Assembly: GCA_964016885.1 (NCBI GenBank)
Contig: OZ024745.1
Coordinates: 46,376,001-46,440,000, forward strand
Reading direction: 5' to 3'
From: Eledone cirrhosa
Lineage: Eukaryota
DNA length: 64,000 bases
The notes below the pieces were generated by a model. That model was given only the letters and a program-made list of their open reading frames with translations. It was not told the DNA's origin and did not search any database. A program made the position numbers and the translations under genes. Numbering within the stretch: position 1 is the stretch's first letter; each line of letters starts with the position of its first letter. Below, piece after piece: positions 53,051-64,000 of the stretch.

Positions 53051-53597
53051 AGTATGCACCATGCACCACTTCTCCCTCCCTCCCATCCTAATACCCCACC
53101 CTAGACCTACCTCTCTAATCCCCACTCGACATACACACACATCCTCACCCCCATTTCCATGTCTGAGCCCCCACCTGAACAAACACATGTATATAAGAAT
53201 GGGAAGATGAACATGCTCTCCCACAATGCTGCTGAAATGGCTAAAAGTGCTCAGCCCACCCCATAAGGTGGTCATGAAGGTAACACAATAAAAGCCCCTA
53301 GTCCACCATGTAAGGTGCTCATGCTGGTGTTATAACAAAAGAGCACCTAGTCCCCCACCTGTAAGGTAACATGACAAAAGAGCACCTGGCCCTCACAACA
53401 AAAGACACCCAGTCCACACTGTAATTGTTGTTGGCATGAAGAAGAGCATCCAGCCGTAGAAACCAAGGCAAAAACAGTTCTGTGTGAGCAAGACAGTCAG
53501 CTGACCTGACTTATCTCACAATCTCACAACGGGAAAACTCATCTAACCCATGCTAGCATGCTAGTATGGGGAAATAAACGTTAAACGATGATGATCA
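53050..53597 (+). mobile_element. RTE-related 3' UTR with tandem ACACTGTAA-type repeats (similar region at 60060-60580)
   Basis: GCATCCAGCCGTAGAAACC..CTAACCCATGCTAGCATG..CGTTAAACGATGATGAT. Confidence 0.6.
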
Positions 53598-53608
53598 TAC
53601 ATATACAC

Positions 53609-53644
<36 letters not shown>

Positions 53645-53680
53645 ATACTGGCCGAAACCAAAGTTATATATATATATATA

Positions 53681-53922
53681 TATTAATTCAAAGTATTAAT
53701 AAATATAGACATTCATGTGATCAAATATATTTTATTATATATATTTCAGAGGCACTTGGCAGTCTGGAATTGGACCATCAACACAGTTGAGGTATGTCAG
53801 ACATCAATTTATTTTATCTGATGAGGACGTACTGAGGAAACAGCACAGTACCTCTGAAATATATATAATAAAATATATTTGATCACATGAATGTCTATAT
53901 TTATTAATACTTTGAATTAATA
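53681..53922. repeat. Inverted repeat (76-bp arms 53681-53756 / 53847-53922) overlapping a hammerhead
   Basis: Direct reverse-complement match; flanked by (TA)n. Confidence 0.9.
53811..53874 (+). ncRNA. Type I hammerhead ribozyme (minimal, palindromic stem III), apparently intact
   Basis: Stem I ATTTTAT/ATAAAAT; core CTGATGA (53818-53824); stem II GGACGTACTG/CAGTACCTCT (one mismatch); GAAA (53856-53859); palindromic ATATATAT; predicted cleavage after AUA at 53867. Confidence 0.75.
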
Positions 53923-54015
53923 TTAATAACTCCAGAAAACTTCTTTGTTGAGTGCTTCTAATCTATTGTAAAACTATATTCATTGATTAATCAATGAACC
54001 TTGTTTAACTTTTGG

Positions 54016-54050
<35 letters not shown>

Positions 54051-54129
54051 TGTATATCTAATAAGCTCTGTATCCTACATAGAGCACCTGGACCTTTCCG
54101 ACGGAATTACTTCATATATATATATATAA

Positions 54130-54660
54130 AACTTTGGTTTCGGCTAGTATTAGCCCAGGCCATGTCTAACTTAATAGCACCACCTGGCGAAGTCTTTCAA
54201 ATCACGATTTGAACACCATTGCCCACTCAAGTAGAGAGTTATTGTTTACGGTGATATATCCGGGTGTAGGACGTTTATCCGGGATTTCTTGAAGGAATTT
54301 GTCCAAAGACTTTTGAATTTTATGGGATCTGTTTCTGTTTTTATGTGTTTTGATGTAATGATAAAAAGAACGGGACCAATTGAGGTGAAATAATTATACC
54401 ATAATGTTGTTATGATATGCGAGTTTTATTTATGTTGTGGGCGGATGTATGGGGCCCAAGCCTTTGGTGTATTTCAAAGATGATGCCAACATCATTTGGG
54501 CAGTGCTGATGAAATATTTCCACATCATGCAGATAATGTAGCGCTCACGACAGCGTTGGAAAGAGTAGAGTTTGAGCTTTTTCTAGTCGACTCCAATAGC
54601 CAAGACCTGTCACGCCGGCTGTCATTTTGTGATTGACTTTTGAGGTGCTTCGATTTTCAT
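54130..54660 (-). mobile_element. CR1/L2-like LINE 3' end
   Basis: Minus strand KKLKLYSFQRCRER (LKLYSLQRRRER-like), ending TAATACTAGCCGAAACCAAAGT at (TA)n; a 20-nt copy of this end lies at 53643-53664 (+). Confidence 0.6.
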
Positions 54661-55010
54661 ATATATACACATATAAATATACATTTCCATATAAATATGC
54701 CTGGCAAGCATAAAGGTGTGGGTTTGTGTCCCACGTGTGCTAATGTCTTTTTTTTTTTTAAGGGGGCCTATATGTTCTATTATTAAGACTATTTTTCTAC
54801 AATAAAAAAAAATCCATGAATTTTCTGAATTTACTTCAAAAATTTCAATTTTCGCTCATTGTTTTGAAACACACGCTCATATACGTAAGTGAGATGCAGA
54901 ACCCCCCGGACCTGTCTGGAAGGTCAGTAGCCCCACTTCAGTACTGACGTGGTCTGTGTAGGTCCGTCTAACATGTTAGCAAGTAAGGCAGAGGTTTAAC
55001 GATAATGTTG

Positions 55011-55202
55011 ATTCTTATTAAGTTATTGGATACAATATAAAAGGTTTTAAAACTTTCACCAAACACGTTCTTATACGACATATAAGCATAATCGGGAATA
55101 TATATATATATTCCAGATTGTATTTATTTGTTGTATAAGAACATGTGTGTTAGGTGAAAGTTTTAAAACTTTTTATACCGGATCCAATAACTTAGTAAGA
55201 AT
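55011..55202. repeat. Palindrome of about 190 bp centred on (TA)n
   Basis: ATTCTTATTAAGTTATTGGAT..GTTTTAAAACTTTCACC mirrored by GGTGAAAGTTTTAAAAC..ATCCAATAACTTAGTAAGAAT. Confidence 0.85.
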
Positions 55203-55428
55203 TAGATAACACACAACACAACTGAAACAATGTTTAGTATTTTCTTGGGAAACAAATTATACGGAAGTTAAAGGTAAACAATTACACACTTTTTGGAATC
55301 CAGATAAAAATGAATATTCGATTATCTGAAAGAACTGTTTCCCCATGTTATTGTGGCATTGATGTTTAGATCGTACATTAAACTACACTGTATATGTATG
55401 TACGTATATATATATATATATATGAGTG

Positions 55429-55484
<56 letters not shown>

Positions 55485-55633
55485 GCACACTATACTTGAC
55501 ATAAAATACGCATGCCGATAAATTAAGAAACCGATGATTGGATTTTTAAAAACAAAAACTCTAACAACAACAATAAAAAATAATAATACTAATAATAATT
55601 TTAGAAGAATAAAACAGTTATTTAGGGACCTAC

Positions 55634-55790
55634 CTGTGGTGATAAGATCAAGTAAAGAATTGGTTGTCAGCGAAGTTAGAAAAGATATAAATGGCTGAGT
55701 TGTGTAACGAAGTTAATTGTTAAAAAGTTCTCTGCTTAGGACCTCCAACTAGGCGTCGCAATAACAGCTGGCGCTCTTGTCATCAATACA
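55634..55790 (-). other. Candidate non-coding first exon / promoter of the MFSD6-like gene
   Basis: Unique, relatively CpG-containing segment with a minus-strand donor CAG|GTAGGT at 55634/55633. The MFSD6-like exon has a strong acceptor (branch-like CTTACTGAT, long polypyrimidine tract, CCAG) at 28077-28133. Confidence 0.4.
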
Positions 55791-58749
55791 CTCCTCCCAT
55801 TACTGCAACCACATTACAAACTTGATAATTTGCGAAAGTCGTATACATATAAACATGTATGCGTGTACCTTTTTTTTTTAAATCATAGCGAGACTCTCGT
55901 ATGTTTATTATACATAACTATATCGTATGTGCTTTGATATACACCCTTATTATATATATGTGGGTGTGTGTGTATCATCATCATCATCATCATCGTGATT
56001 TTTCGTCACTTTCCGTGCTTGAGTAGGTTGAATGTGGCGTCACGGTCATACTTTCCGCCATGCTTTCCGTGGCTGGATGCCCTTCTTAACCTGACTACTA
56101 AGAGTATATTAGATGTATTTTATCAAGATACCAGACCTAAAAAAGAGAGGGGGGGGGATTGTCGTACACTCCGCATGACAAATAGCCTTCTTTACTCCAT
56201 ATTCTATGGAATGTACAGTAAGCCTGTTTCGTGACAGCAGTGTTGTCTTATCCTCTGCAAGACTAAAAAATCCTCTCGTCAATGCAAATGTGACCAGGGG
56301 TGTGAATAGAAGAGAGTGATGAATAAGAGGGTGAAAGGGAGTATGAATGTGGTGATGGAAAGAGAATGCTAGCATAGTAGAGGAAGGAGTAATGGGGGGG
56401 GGGGGGGGAATACAGTGATAACTACATGCTGGTTATTGGTAAGGAGATTAAATAGGAAACAGCATGATGATGGTAAGAGAATGAGTTGTAGCTGTCAATA
56501 ATACCTCATATGGAAGAGAGAATAAGAATGATGGCTATTAGTAGAGAAGAGTGACAGTAAACAGTACTAAATAACATCAAATCTGATGCTATCTTTTATT
56601 ATTGAGGCAAAGGTAGAGAGCTAGAAGTGTACTAACGGAAATGGGTAGAATGATAATGGGGAATAATGAAGCATTGATTAGAGACAGGTGAAATGCTATC
56701 TCTGATTACACAGGTGACAAGGTATAGTGATATGATAAAGAGTGAATGATAAATGTGAGAGTAACAAAGAGGACAATGTACATATATTATATACCCAAAT
56801 CTCCATCACTACTATCATCATTTTAATGAGAGTTTTCAATGTTTGCGTGAGTGGGTAGGTCTTCTTTGGCACAGCATGTCACCAATTGGCAAGGTTCTTT
56901 GTTATCTGTGTATGTGGCAGTCTATATGTATGTATGTATGAATGCATGTTTATGTATGTGTGTGTATGGTCACATTTAATTTTATTTTATTTTTCTTTAC
57001 TTTTTGTCTTTTATGGCTTGTTTTGTTTTAGTTTTTGATATCTTCACAACTTGTGTTGTAGATTTATTTGTTTGAATTATTTTTTCTTTGTTTTAATTTA
57101 AATATTATCCTCCTTGTTTCAATGATGTCATATTGAACTAGGATGAGTTCAAAATGTTTTTTTACTTACTGGACAAATCTTTTAATTCCTGTTCAGATGA
57201 AAACTGTCCTAAGTTTGTAACAAAGTAGAGCTCAGAGCATTGGGTTGACTAGTGTAGTGCTATGGGTTACCATGGGATTACACATACTTAGTGTGGCAGA
57301 AAGCTACAAATTGAGCAGAGTTGCCTGTATTCTTGATAAGTGTGCTATCATTGATGTAGGATGAATCTGGCTGGGAAATTTACTTTGTATTCATTTCAGA
57401 TAACTAGTATCCAATAGGGAAGTGTTTATTGATGTGTATTTTCTGAAACCAAAATTTTCTGATAATTATAGATTACCAATACTGTTACCTGAGCTAGATG
57501 AATGCAGCATAGTGAATAGATGAGACTGTCACTAAGGTCAATTCTGGATAGGCCAGAAGATGAAGAGGCCAAGCTTCAGGACTTTCCAGGAATAATGCTG
57601 CACTGTTATCATCATCATTTTACATCCACTTTGAATGCTGTGACTGCTGTTAGGCATTGCAACTTTTGTGAGGTAGAGGGAAGGAGGATGATCTCAACTG
57701 TACTGTATGTGTCAAAGCTAGTCTTGTTAACTATGAGAAAATACATATGAGTAGAACCAGATAAGATCTTCAGCTGTATGCGGTTAAATCAGCCATGCTT
57801 GAGCACTGCTGTTCTATTTGTTTAAAGGTATACACATCTGCCACTGTGCTGAAAATCCATATTAGTCAAATGTTGGCAGTGTATCTATCCAAATTCTATG
57901 CCACATCTACCATGAAATATTCAAGTCAAAGCCATTTAAGGGCCTACAGCTGAAAAAACAAACATCTGATCTAGGCCAATGACTGCGATCAGAAAGTGGT
58001 TTGGTTTGGATTTGAGTTTAAGAAAGTACTATTCATGTATACAAATATGTGTGCATATTCGTGTATTCATATGTATCCTTGTTCTATATATATACATCAT
58101 CATTTAACATTTATTTTCCATGCTTGCATGGGTTCAAGAGGCTGTCATATTGAGACAAGCCAAATCAGGTGACCAGGTATTGCTCATACAGATCTGTATT
58201 TTAGCTTAGTTTCTACAGCTGGATGCCCTTCCTAATGCCAGTCACATTACAGTGTGGACTGGTTGTTTATTTAATCGTGGTACTGAAACAACCATCTGAC
58301 AGGGTGGACGGGGTGCTTTTTTATGGTGGTACCAGCACAATTGTCTTAATGGGTAGACAGGGTACTTTTTTGTCATGTCAACAATATGACTACCTTACAG
58401 AGTGGCCTGGGTGCTTTTTTTGTTGTCACCAGCACAACCACCTTACAGGGTTGACTAGGTGCTTTTGTCATGGCAGCAGCACTGTGGGAAAGCAACACTG
58501 AGGAGTATGTCCAATATTCCATGCTTGTGTGCATGAGTTGGACAGGAGAGGTATATCTGAGGTGGGAGAGTAGAGGGACCAGTATACTAGTCACATATGG
58601 ACAAGGTATTTTTTTTGGGGGGGGGGGGGGTTAATGTGGGATAGTTGGTCGGAAAGATGTATGTTGGAGGGGGGAGATTGATGTAGATTAGTACCCTTTA
58701 CATGATTGTTTCATCCTGTGCACATGGGAAGGCATCACCTTTGAGAAGC

Positions 58750-60027
58750 TTAATTGGGCAAGGTCAGCTTGTATCACTTCAGCCTAAACTTTCCTAGGTC
58801 TTCCTCTTCCATATTTTCCATCAACTTCAAGTGCTCAGAATTTTTTTATGCAGCTGCCACTTCCAGATGCATCATGTCATGTATATGTATGTGTATATAT
58901 ATATATATCATCCTCCTCATCATCATCGTTTAACGTCTATCTTCCATGCTAGCATGGGTTTAGACGGGAATTGTCCCATTTGAGGCAAGATTTGTCGGGT
59001 GACTATGTCTCACTTGTATAGGACTGTCTGGCAGGTTTTCTATACACAGCCCTTCCTAACACCAACCACGTTTACAGTGTGGACTGGAAGGTTTTTACCG
59101 TGTTACCTACACGGCCACATTACAGCGTGGACTGTGTGTTTTTTTTGTCGTGACACCTACACAACCTCATTTATTTTGGACTGGATGATGTGGTACCAAC
59201 ATAACTTTACAGAGAGAGGGTGGTGTTAGTGGGAGTGGGAGGATGGAGTAGGGGTAGTCGATTGGGGTGTATATTTGGTTAAGAGGTGCCTACTGACTGT
59301 AGGTTTCGCTTTGTACAGAGGCAAGGCAGGTCTTCTGTATTACTATGTAGCGCCAAAGATCTCAGTCCAGTGACATTGTCTTGGAGAGGTGCAAGTGTGT
59401 GAGGTCAGAATTAATCAAATCGTTCCAGGTTTTTCTGGGTCTACACACTCCGTAACTTCCATCAATTTTGATCGCCCTGCACTTTTTTATGCAACTGTCG
59501 TCTTTCATGCGCATCACATGACCATACCAACATAGTCTTCTCTCAAGTAAACAGCATCTGAACCCGCTTATTCCTAATTTCTTACTTAGTTCATTTATGC
59601 TTTGCCGTTCACGTATATTACTATTACACATCCAATGGAGCATGCATGCTTCGTTCCTCTCCTGTCTGAGCAGGTCCTCTGCACACAATGCCAATGTCTC
59701 ACTGCCATGTAACATTGCTGTTTGTATACAGGCATCATACAATCTGCCTTTCATTTTTAGAAAGAAACCTTTAATGGCCAATAGTGGTATAAGCTCTCTG
59801 AACTTTTTCCATCCCGTTCTGACTCTGGCTATTGTACTTTCAGAGCACCCTCCACCACTGCTGATTTTGTCACCCAGGTAACGGAAGGTGTCCACTATTT
59901 CTATAGAACCATCTGGGCAATGGAAGGAGCTAGTATCCTGTGGGCACTTGCTACTTATTGCACCAGAGTATTGGCCACATATAAAATCTACATTCTTAGA
60001 TAGCTTACCTGTGATCCCACTACATCT
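58750..60027 (-). mobile_element. RTE LINE 3' portion
   Basis: ORF 59362-60129: FRYLGD..MLHGSET..RPRKTW; 3' UTR and CAT tail at about 58910-58930. Confidence 0.88.
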
Positions 60028-61299
60028 TATCATCATCCTCATTGTTGAGATCTTTGGTGTTTGCAGTAATACAGAAGACCTATCTTCCCATACACATGGG
60101 TTGAAACATACATCTAGTATGCACCACATAACCCCTATCCTCCCTCACCTTTCCATACATTTTCTACATCCCATCTCTCGCCCACACTCTTACACACACA
60201 CCCTGCTCCAGCCTCCAGTCCATACTGTAAAGTGGCCGTGTTGGTATCAATGACAAAAAACACCCAGCCCTCACTGTAAAGTGGTCATTACAGTGCCACA
60301 ATAAAAAGCACCCAGTCCACACTGTAAAGTGGGCGTGTAGGTCTCATGACAAAAAGCACCCAGCTCACACTGTAAAGTGGGCGTGTAGGTCTCATGACAA
60401 AAAGCACCCAGCTCACACTGTAAATGTTGTTGGCCTTAGGAAGGGCATCCAGCCGTAGAAACCAAGCCAAGAAACAGTTCTGTATGAGAAAGACACGGTC
60501 ACCTGATCTGACTTGCCTCAAATGGTACAACTCGTCTAACCCATGGTAGCATGGAAAATTGGCATTAAATGATGATGATTATATATATAATATTGCAATT
60601 GAAGGCATGTGGCTTAGTGGTTAGAGCATTTGGGCTTGCAATTGTAAAGTCACAGAATAAAAGTGTTTTACAGACAAGAGCTGTTTCATTCTTTAACAGA
60701 GATGTTAATACAGCCACTTAATGAAAACCCTTTGTTTGCTTAGAATAAAGTACCTTAAAAATAAGGAGTGCCCTATATCTGTCCTGAAAACATCTGACTG
60801 ACAAAATAACAAGTCAGTCAATCATATTGGTGGCCTCCCCTCAGTGAGTTCGATTCTCAGACCATGTGATGTGTTGTGTCCTTGAGCAAGACACTTTATT
60901 TCATGTTGCTCCAGTTTACTTAGCTGTAGAAATGAGTTACGACATTACTGGTGCCAAGCTGTATCGGCCATTACCTTTCCCTGGATATCATCGGTGGCAT
61001 GGAGAAGGGAGGCTGGTATACATGGGTGACTGATGTTCTTCACAAACAACTTTGCCCAGATTTGTTCCTCGGAGGGAAACTTTCTAGGTGTAAATCCCAT
61101 GGTCATTGTTACTGAAGGGTGTCTTTACTTTTTTTTTTTTTTATATATTACAATGACCACAGAGTGGGCTGGGTGCTTTTTGCCGTGTTGCCATCACAAG
61201 AACTTTACAGTGTAGGCTGGAGGCTTCGCTGGATATATACTCCATCCTGTCCTCATGGGAGTTGTATACTATATATATGCTTCAGCTTCGGCCTGTGCC

Positions 61300-61948
61300 C
61301 TTGGGTGGTCGGGTCTTCTGTATTACTGTGTAACGCCAGAGATCCTTTGAGAAGTGCAATTGGGCATGATTAGCTTTTATCACCTCATCCCAAGTTCCTG
61401 GGTCTCCCGACTCCACAGCTTCCATCGACTTTGAGTGCTCTGCACCTTCTTATGCAGCTGTCATACTTTATACTCATTACACGTCCACACCAGCTCAATC
61501 TCCTCTCCTGCACACTGCATCTGATTCCTCTTATGCCTAGTTTCTCTCTTGGTTCGTTTATGCTTTGCCGTTCACGTACGTTTACTATTACACATCGATT
61601 GGAGCATGTAAGCTTCATTTCTTTCAAATCTATGCAAGTCTTCTGCACACACCACCTAGGTCTCACTACCATGCAACATTGTAGTTCGTATGCATGCATC
61701 ATACAGTCTGCCTTTCATTTTGAGGGGAATGCCACTGGTAGTAGCTCCCTGAACTTCTTCCATCCCGTTCTTACTCTGGCTATTGTACCTTCCGAACACC
61801 CAGCTCCGGTGCTAATTTGGTCACCCAGGTAGCAGAAGAGAGAAGCTGTCTACTGTTTCTACCGCTTTGCAGAATTTGATAGCGCGCGTTTCCTGTGGTC
61901 GTTTGCTGCTTACTGTCCCGGTGCAACTGCTACATGTAAAGCTTACAT
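61300..61948 (-). mobile_element. Frameshifted RTE LINE 3' fragment
   Basis: RERQSINEPREKLGIRGIRCSVQERRL..GRPR. Confidence 0.8.
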
Positions 61949-62082
61949 TCGTAGCTAAAATTAAAAATAAACTTTATACATTCTATGAATTCAGGTGTTG
62001 CTAGTTGAATAACATACTCTCCACCCCATAGAACAATGCGTTTATCAAGTCTGAATTATCTCCCTTTGAATTTGCTTATAGC

Positions 62083-62131
62083 CCGGAAGTTCATTTGAGA
62101 ATATTTTCATAATGTGCACGTGGTGACGTTA
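62083..62131 (+). promoter_or_regulatory. Putative PNO1 proximal promoter: ETS/GABP site CCGGAAGT (62083-62090), E-box CACGTG (62117-62122), CRE-like TGACGT (62124-62129)
   Basis: Three housekeeping-promoter motifs clustered 70-120 bp upstream of the ATG in otherwise CpG-poor DNA. Confidence 0.55.
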
Positions 62132-62201
62132 CTTACCCGTTTTATATCACTTTATTTAGATACTTGGATTTATATTTGTCAACTAAAATTAATTTGTAAA
62201 G

Positions 62202-62930
62202 ATGGAAGAACCCGTGGAAGTTAATACTGAAACAGATTCTGTTGAAGAGAAATCAAGAAAACGAAAAATACCTTTAAATGACGATGTTGAAATGAAAGAT
62301 AGCACTACGAATGAAGAATCTTCGGATATATCACCTCCAAAGAAACCGCAATATCCTCCTATATCAACAACTTCCACACAACTCAAAATAGAAAGGCGTA
62401 AAATCCCAGTTCCACCACATAGATATACACCTCTCAAAGAAAACTGGTTGAAAATTTACACGCCTGTAGTTGAACAGCTGAAATTACAAATACGATTCAA
62501 TGTAAAGACTCGGCATGTAGAACTGCGTACATGTAAAAGCACCACAGAAATGAGTGCGCTACAGAGAGGAGCAGATTTCGTGCGTGCGTTTACACTCGGT
62601 TTCGACATTGATGATTGTTTAGCATTACTGCGTTTGGAAGAACTTTATTTGGAGTCGTTCAACGTCACTGACGTAAAACCATTAAAAGGAGACCACTTAG
62701 GACGTGCAGTTGGCCGTTTGGCTGGTCGGAATGGCAAAACGAAATATACTATTGAAAATGTTACCAAAACTAGGATTGTTTTAGCTGATACTAAAATTCA
62801 TCTTTTAGGTTCTTTTCAAAATATCAGAACTGCCCGAAGAGCTGTTAGTAATTTGATTCTGGGTAGTCCTCCCTCAAAAATATACGGTAAGTTACGGACC
62901 ATAGCTTCCCGCACATCTGAAAGTTTCTAA
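62202..62930 (+). CDS. PNO1: RNA-binding protein PNO1 (Dim2; KH-domain 40S biogenesis factor), intronless, 242 aa
   Basis: RKIPVPPHRYTPLKENWLKIYTPVVEQLKLQIRFN, DVKPLKGDHLGRAVGRLAGRNGKTKYTIENVTKTRIVLAD, LILGSPPSKIYGKLR; AATAAA at 63043-63048. Confidence 0.96.
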   Translation: MEEPVEVNTETDSVEEKSRKRKIPLNDDVEMKDSTTNEESSDISPPKKPQYPPISTTSTQLKIERRKIPVPPHRYTPLKENWLKIYTPVVEQLKLQIRFNVKTRHVELRTCKSTTEMSALQRGADFVRAFTLGFDIDDCLALLRLEELYLESFNVTDVKPLKGDHLGRAVGRLAGRNGKTKYTIENVTKTRIVLADTKIHLLGSFQNIRTARRAVSNLILGSPPSKIYGKLRTIASRTSESF

Positions 62931-63588
62931 CATCTGACTGAATCAGTTTTGATACAGTTTAAATAGAATCATTTCTAGATCCTATGCCTGTACTTTACCG
63001 GAATTTATTGATATTGACAAATACAAATATCGATTATCAACAAATAAATGTAACATTTAATTCGAATTTGTACAAGAAAAAGAAGACTATAAATTAAATT
63101 TATTCTTGTCTAGTTTGCTTTATTAATTTTTTAAATTTGTTTTGGAATCTTTTGTGTGTTATGTTTTAAAACTGAATTTATTTAAACGTATTAGATAACA
63201 GCAGAAGCAGTTCACATCGGTGAATACCATGTTTGGAATAAGAGTTTGATTTACTAAAATAAATATATTTCAATTATCGTATTTTCATGCATCAGTTCGA
63301 TAAAAGTTTAATTTATAAACCCCGTATTTTTTGAGGCCCTTTACTGAAATATTTACTATTCCAACTGGTGAATTGACTCGTAGAATATGAGAACCTGTGA
63401 TGAAAAGCCTTCCAACCAGGATCAACCCTTTTTTTATATATATATATACATAAATTGTGTGTCTATCTTTGACTGCACTATCCAATGTATTTTTTCCATT
63501 ATTTAAAACTATGGTATATAAAATGTCTCTAGCATCCAAGTATCTGCGCGTGTCACAACGGTATCAATTATTTTAAAGTTTCCTCTCT

Positions 63589-63653
63589 TCAACCGGTGTA
63601 TTGTAAATTAGGAAATGAGATTCCGCTAGGAGCACCACCACTCATCATAAAAC
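63589..63653 (-). CDS. Candidate terminal coding exon of an unidentified convergent gene (..FMMSGGAPSGISFPNLQYTG*)
   Basis: Minus-strand acceptor ttttaactcag, open phase-1 frame to TGA, and several minus-strand AATAAA signals at 63000-63185. Confidence 0.3.
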
Positions 63654-64000
63654 CTGAGTTAAAACTAAAGGATTTGTGGAATGGGCATTTTTTTAATTTT
63701 TTTTATTTAGAAAGAAACAGAGGAAATTAGAGCATAGTCCGTCTTGGAGAAGAATAGAAAACCGAAATGTCAACAAAAGGTGCAGTAGCATAAAAACAAA
63801 TCAATTTTGTTCCGTTATTTGTATTTATGTTTAGTTTTTAATTTTCTCATGGATAATGTACGAATAGATCTGACTACATATCACAATTAACTATTAAATA
63901 GCAATTAATTATTGCATATGTTAAGGTGGAGGGACCACAGATTTAATGACGTTTTTGAAGGCCCATATTCGTTCAAATCACAAACATTCAAAGGAAAAAT

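Noticed and set aside
45520-53275. Very long ORFs (up to 1882 aa) of Y/I/H/C/V/M/T
   Set aside because: They are translations of stop-free (TA)n/CATA microsatellite, open in several frames on both strands, and are not genes.
62131-62140. Strong minus-strand donor GG|GTAAGT in the PNO1 promoter
   Set aside because: The exon would overlap the PNO1 5' region and nothing else supports it; probably chance.
63285-63539. 84-aa minus-strand ORF
   Set aside because: It crosses a TA repeat and has no recognisable motif; more likely UTR or intergenic sequence.

Overview
AT-rich, intron-containing animal genomic DNA, most likely a coleoid cephalopod (octopus-like; inferred from the RTE LINEs, tRNA-derived SINEs and very large (TA)n/(CATA)n microsatellite fields). 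Three genes are well supported: a 9-coding-exon POLR3D/RPC4 (4170-12527, +, 384 aa assembled by hand from GT-AG junctions), a single-coding-exon MFSD6/MFSD6L-like MFS transporter (26072-28009, -) that probably has a ~27.5 kb 5'-UTR intron, and an intronless PNO1/Dim2 (62202-62930, +). There are also weaker candidate exons of neighbouring genes at both window edges. The rest is mostly transposon debris: RTE LINEs with a Cys-rich insert, RLE-type (CRE- and R4/NeSL-like) fragments, CR1/L2-like ends, Helitrons, MITEs and SINEs. The most notable signal is a set of about ten minimal type I hammerhead ribozyme motifs with palindromic stem III, ranging from intact to degenerate. They lie in non-coding, Penelope-related elements, most of them inside (TA)n tracts, and these elements repeatedly form long DNA palindromes, several with the fold-back point at the ribozyme. 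One has a 442-nt retrozyme-like repeat unit. The very long Tyr/Ile/His/Cys ORFs in the ORF track are microsatellite artefacts.
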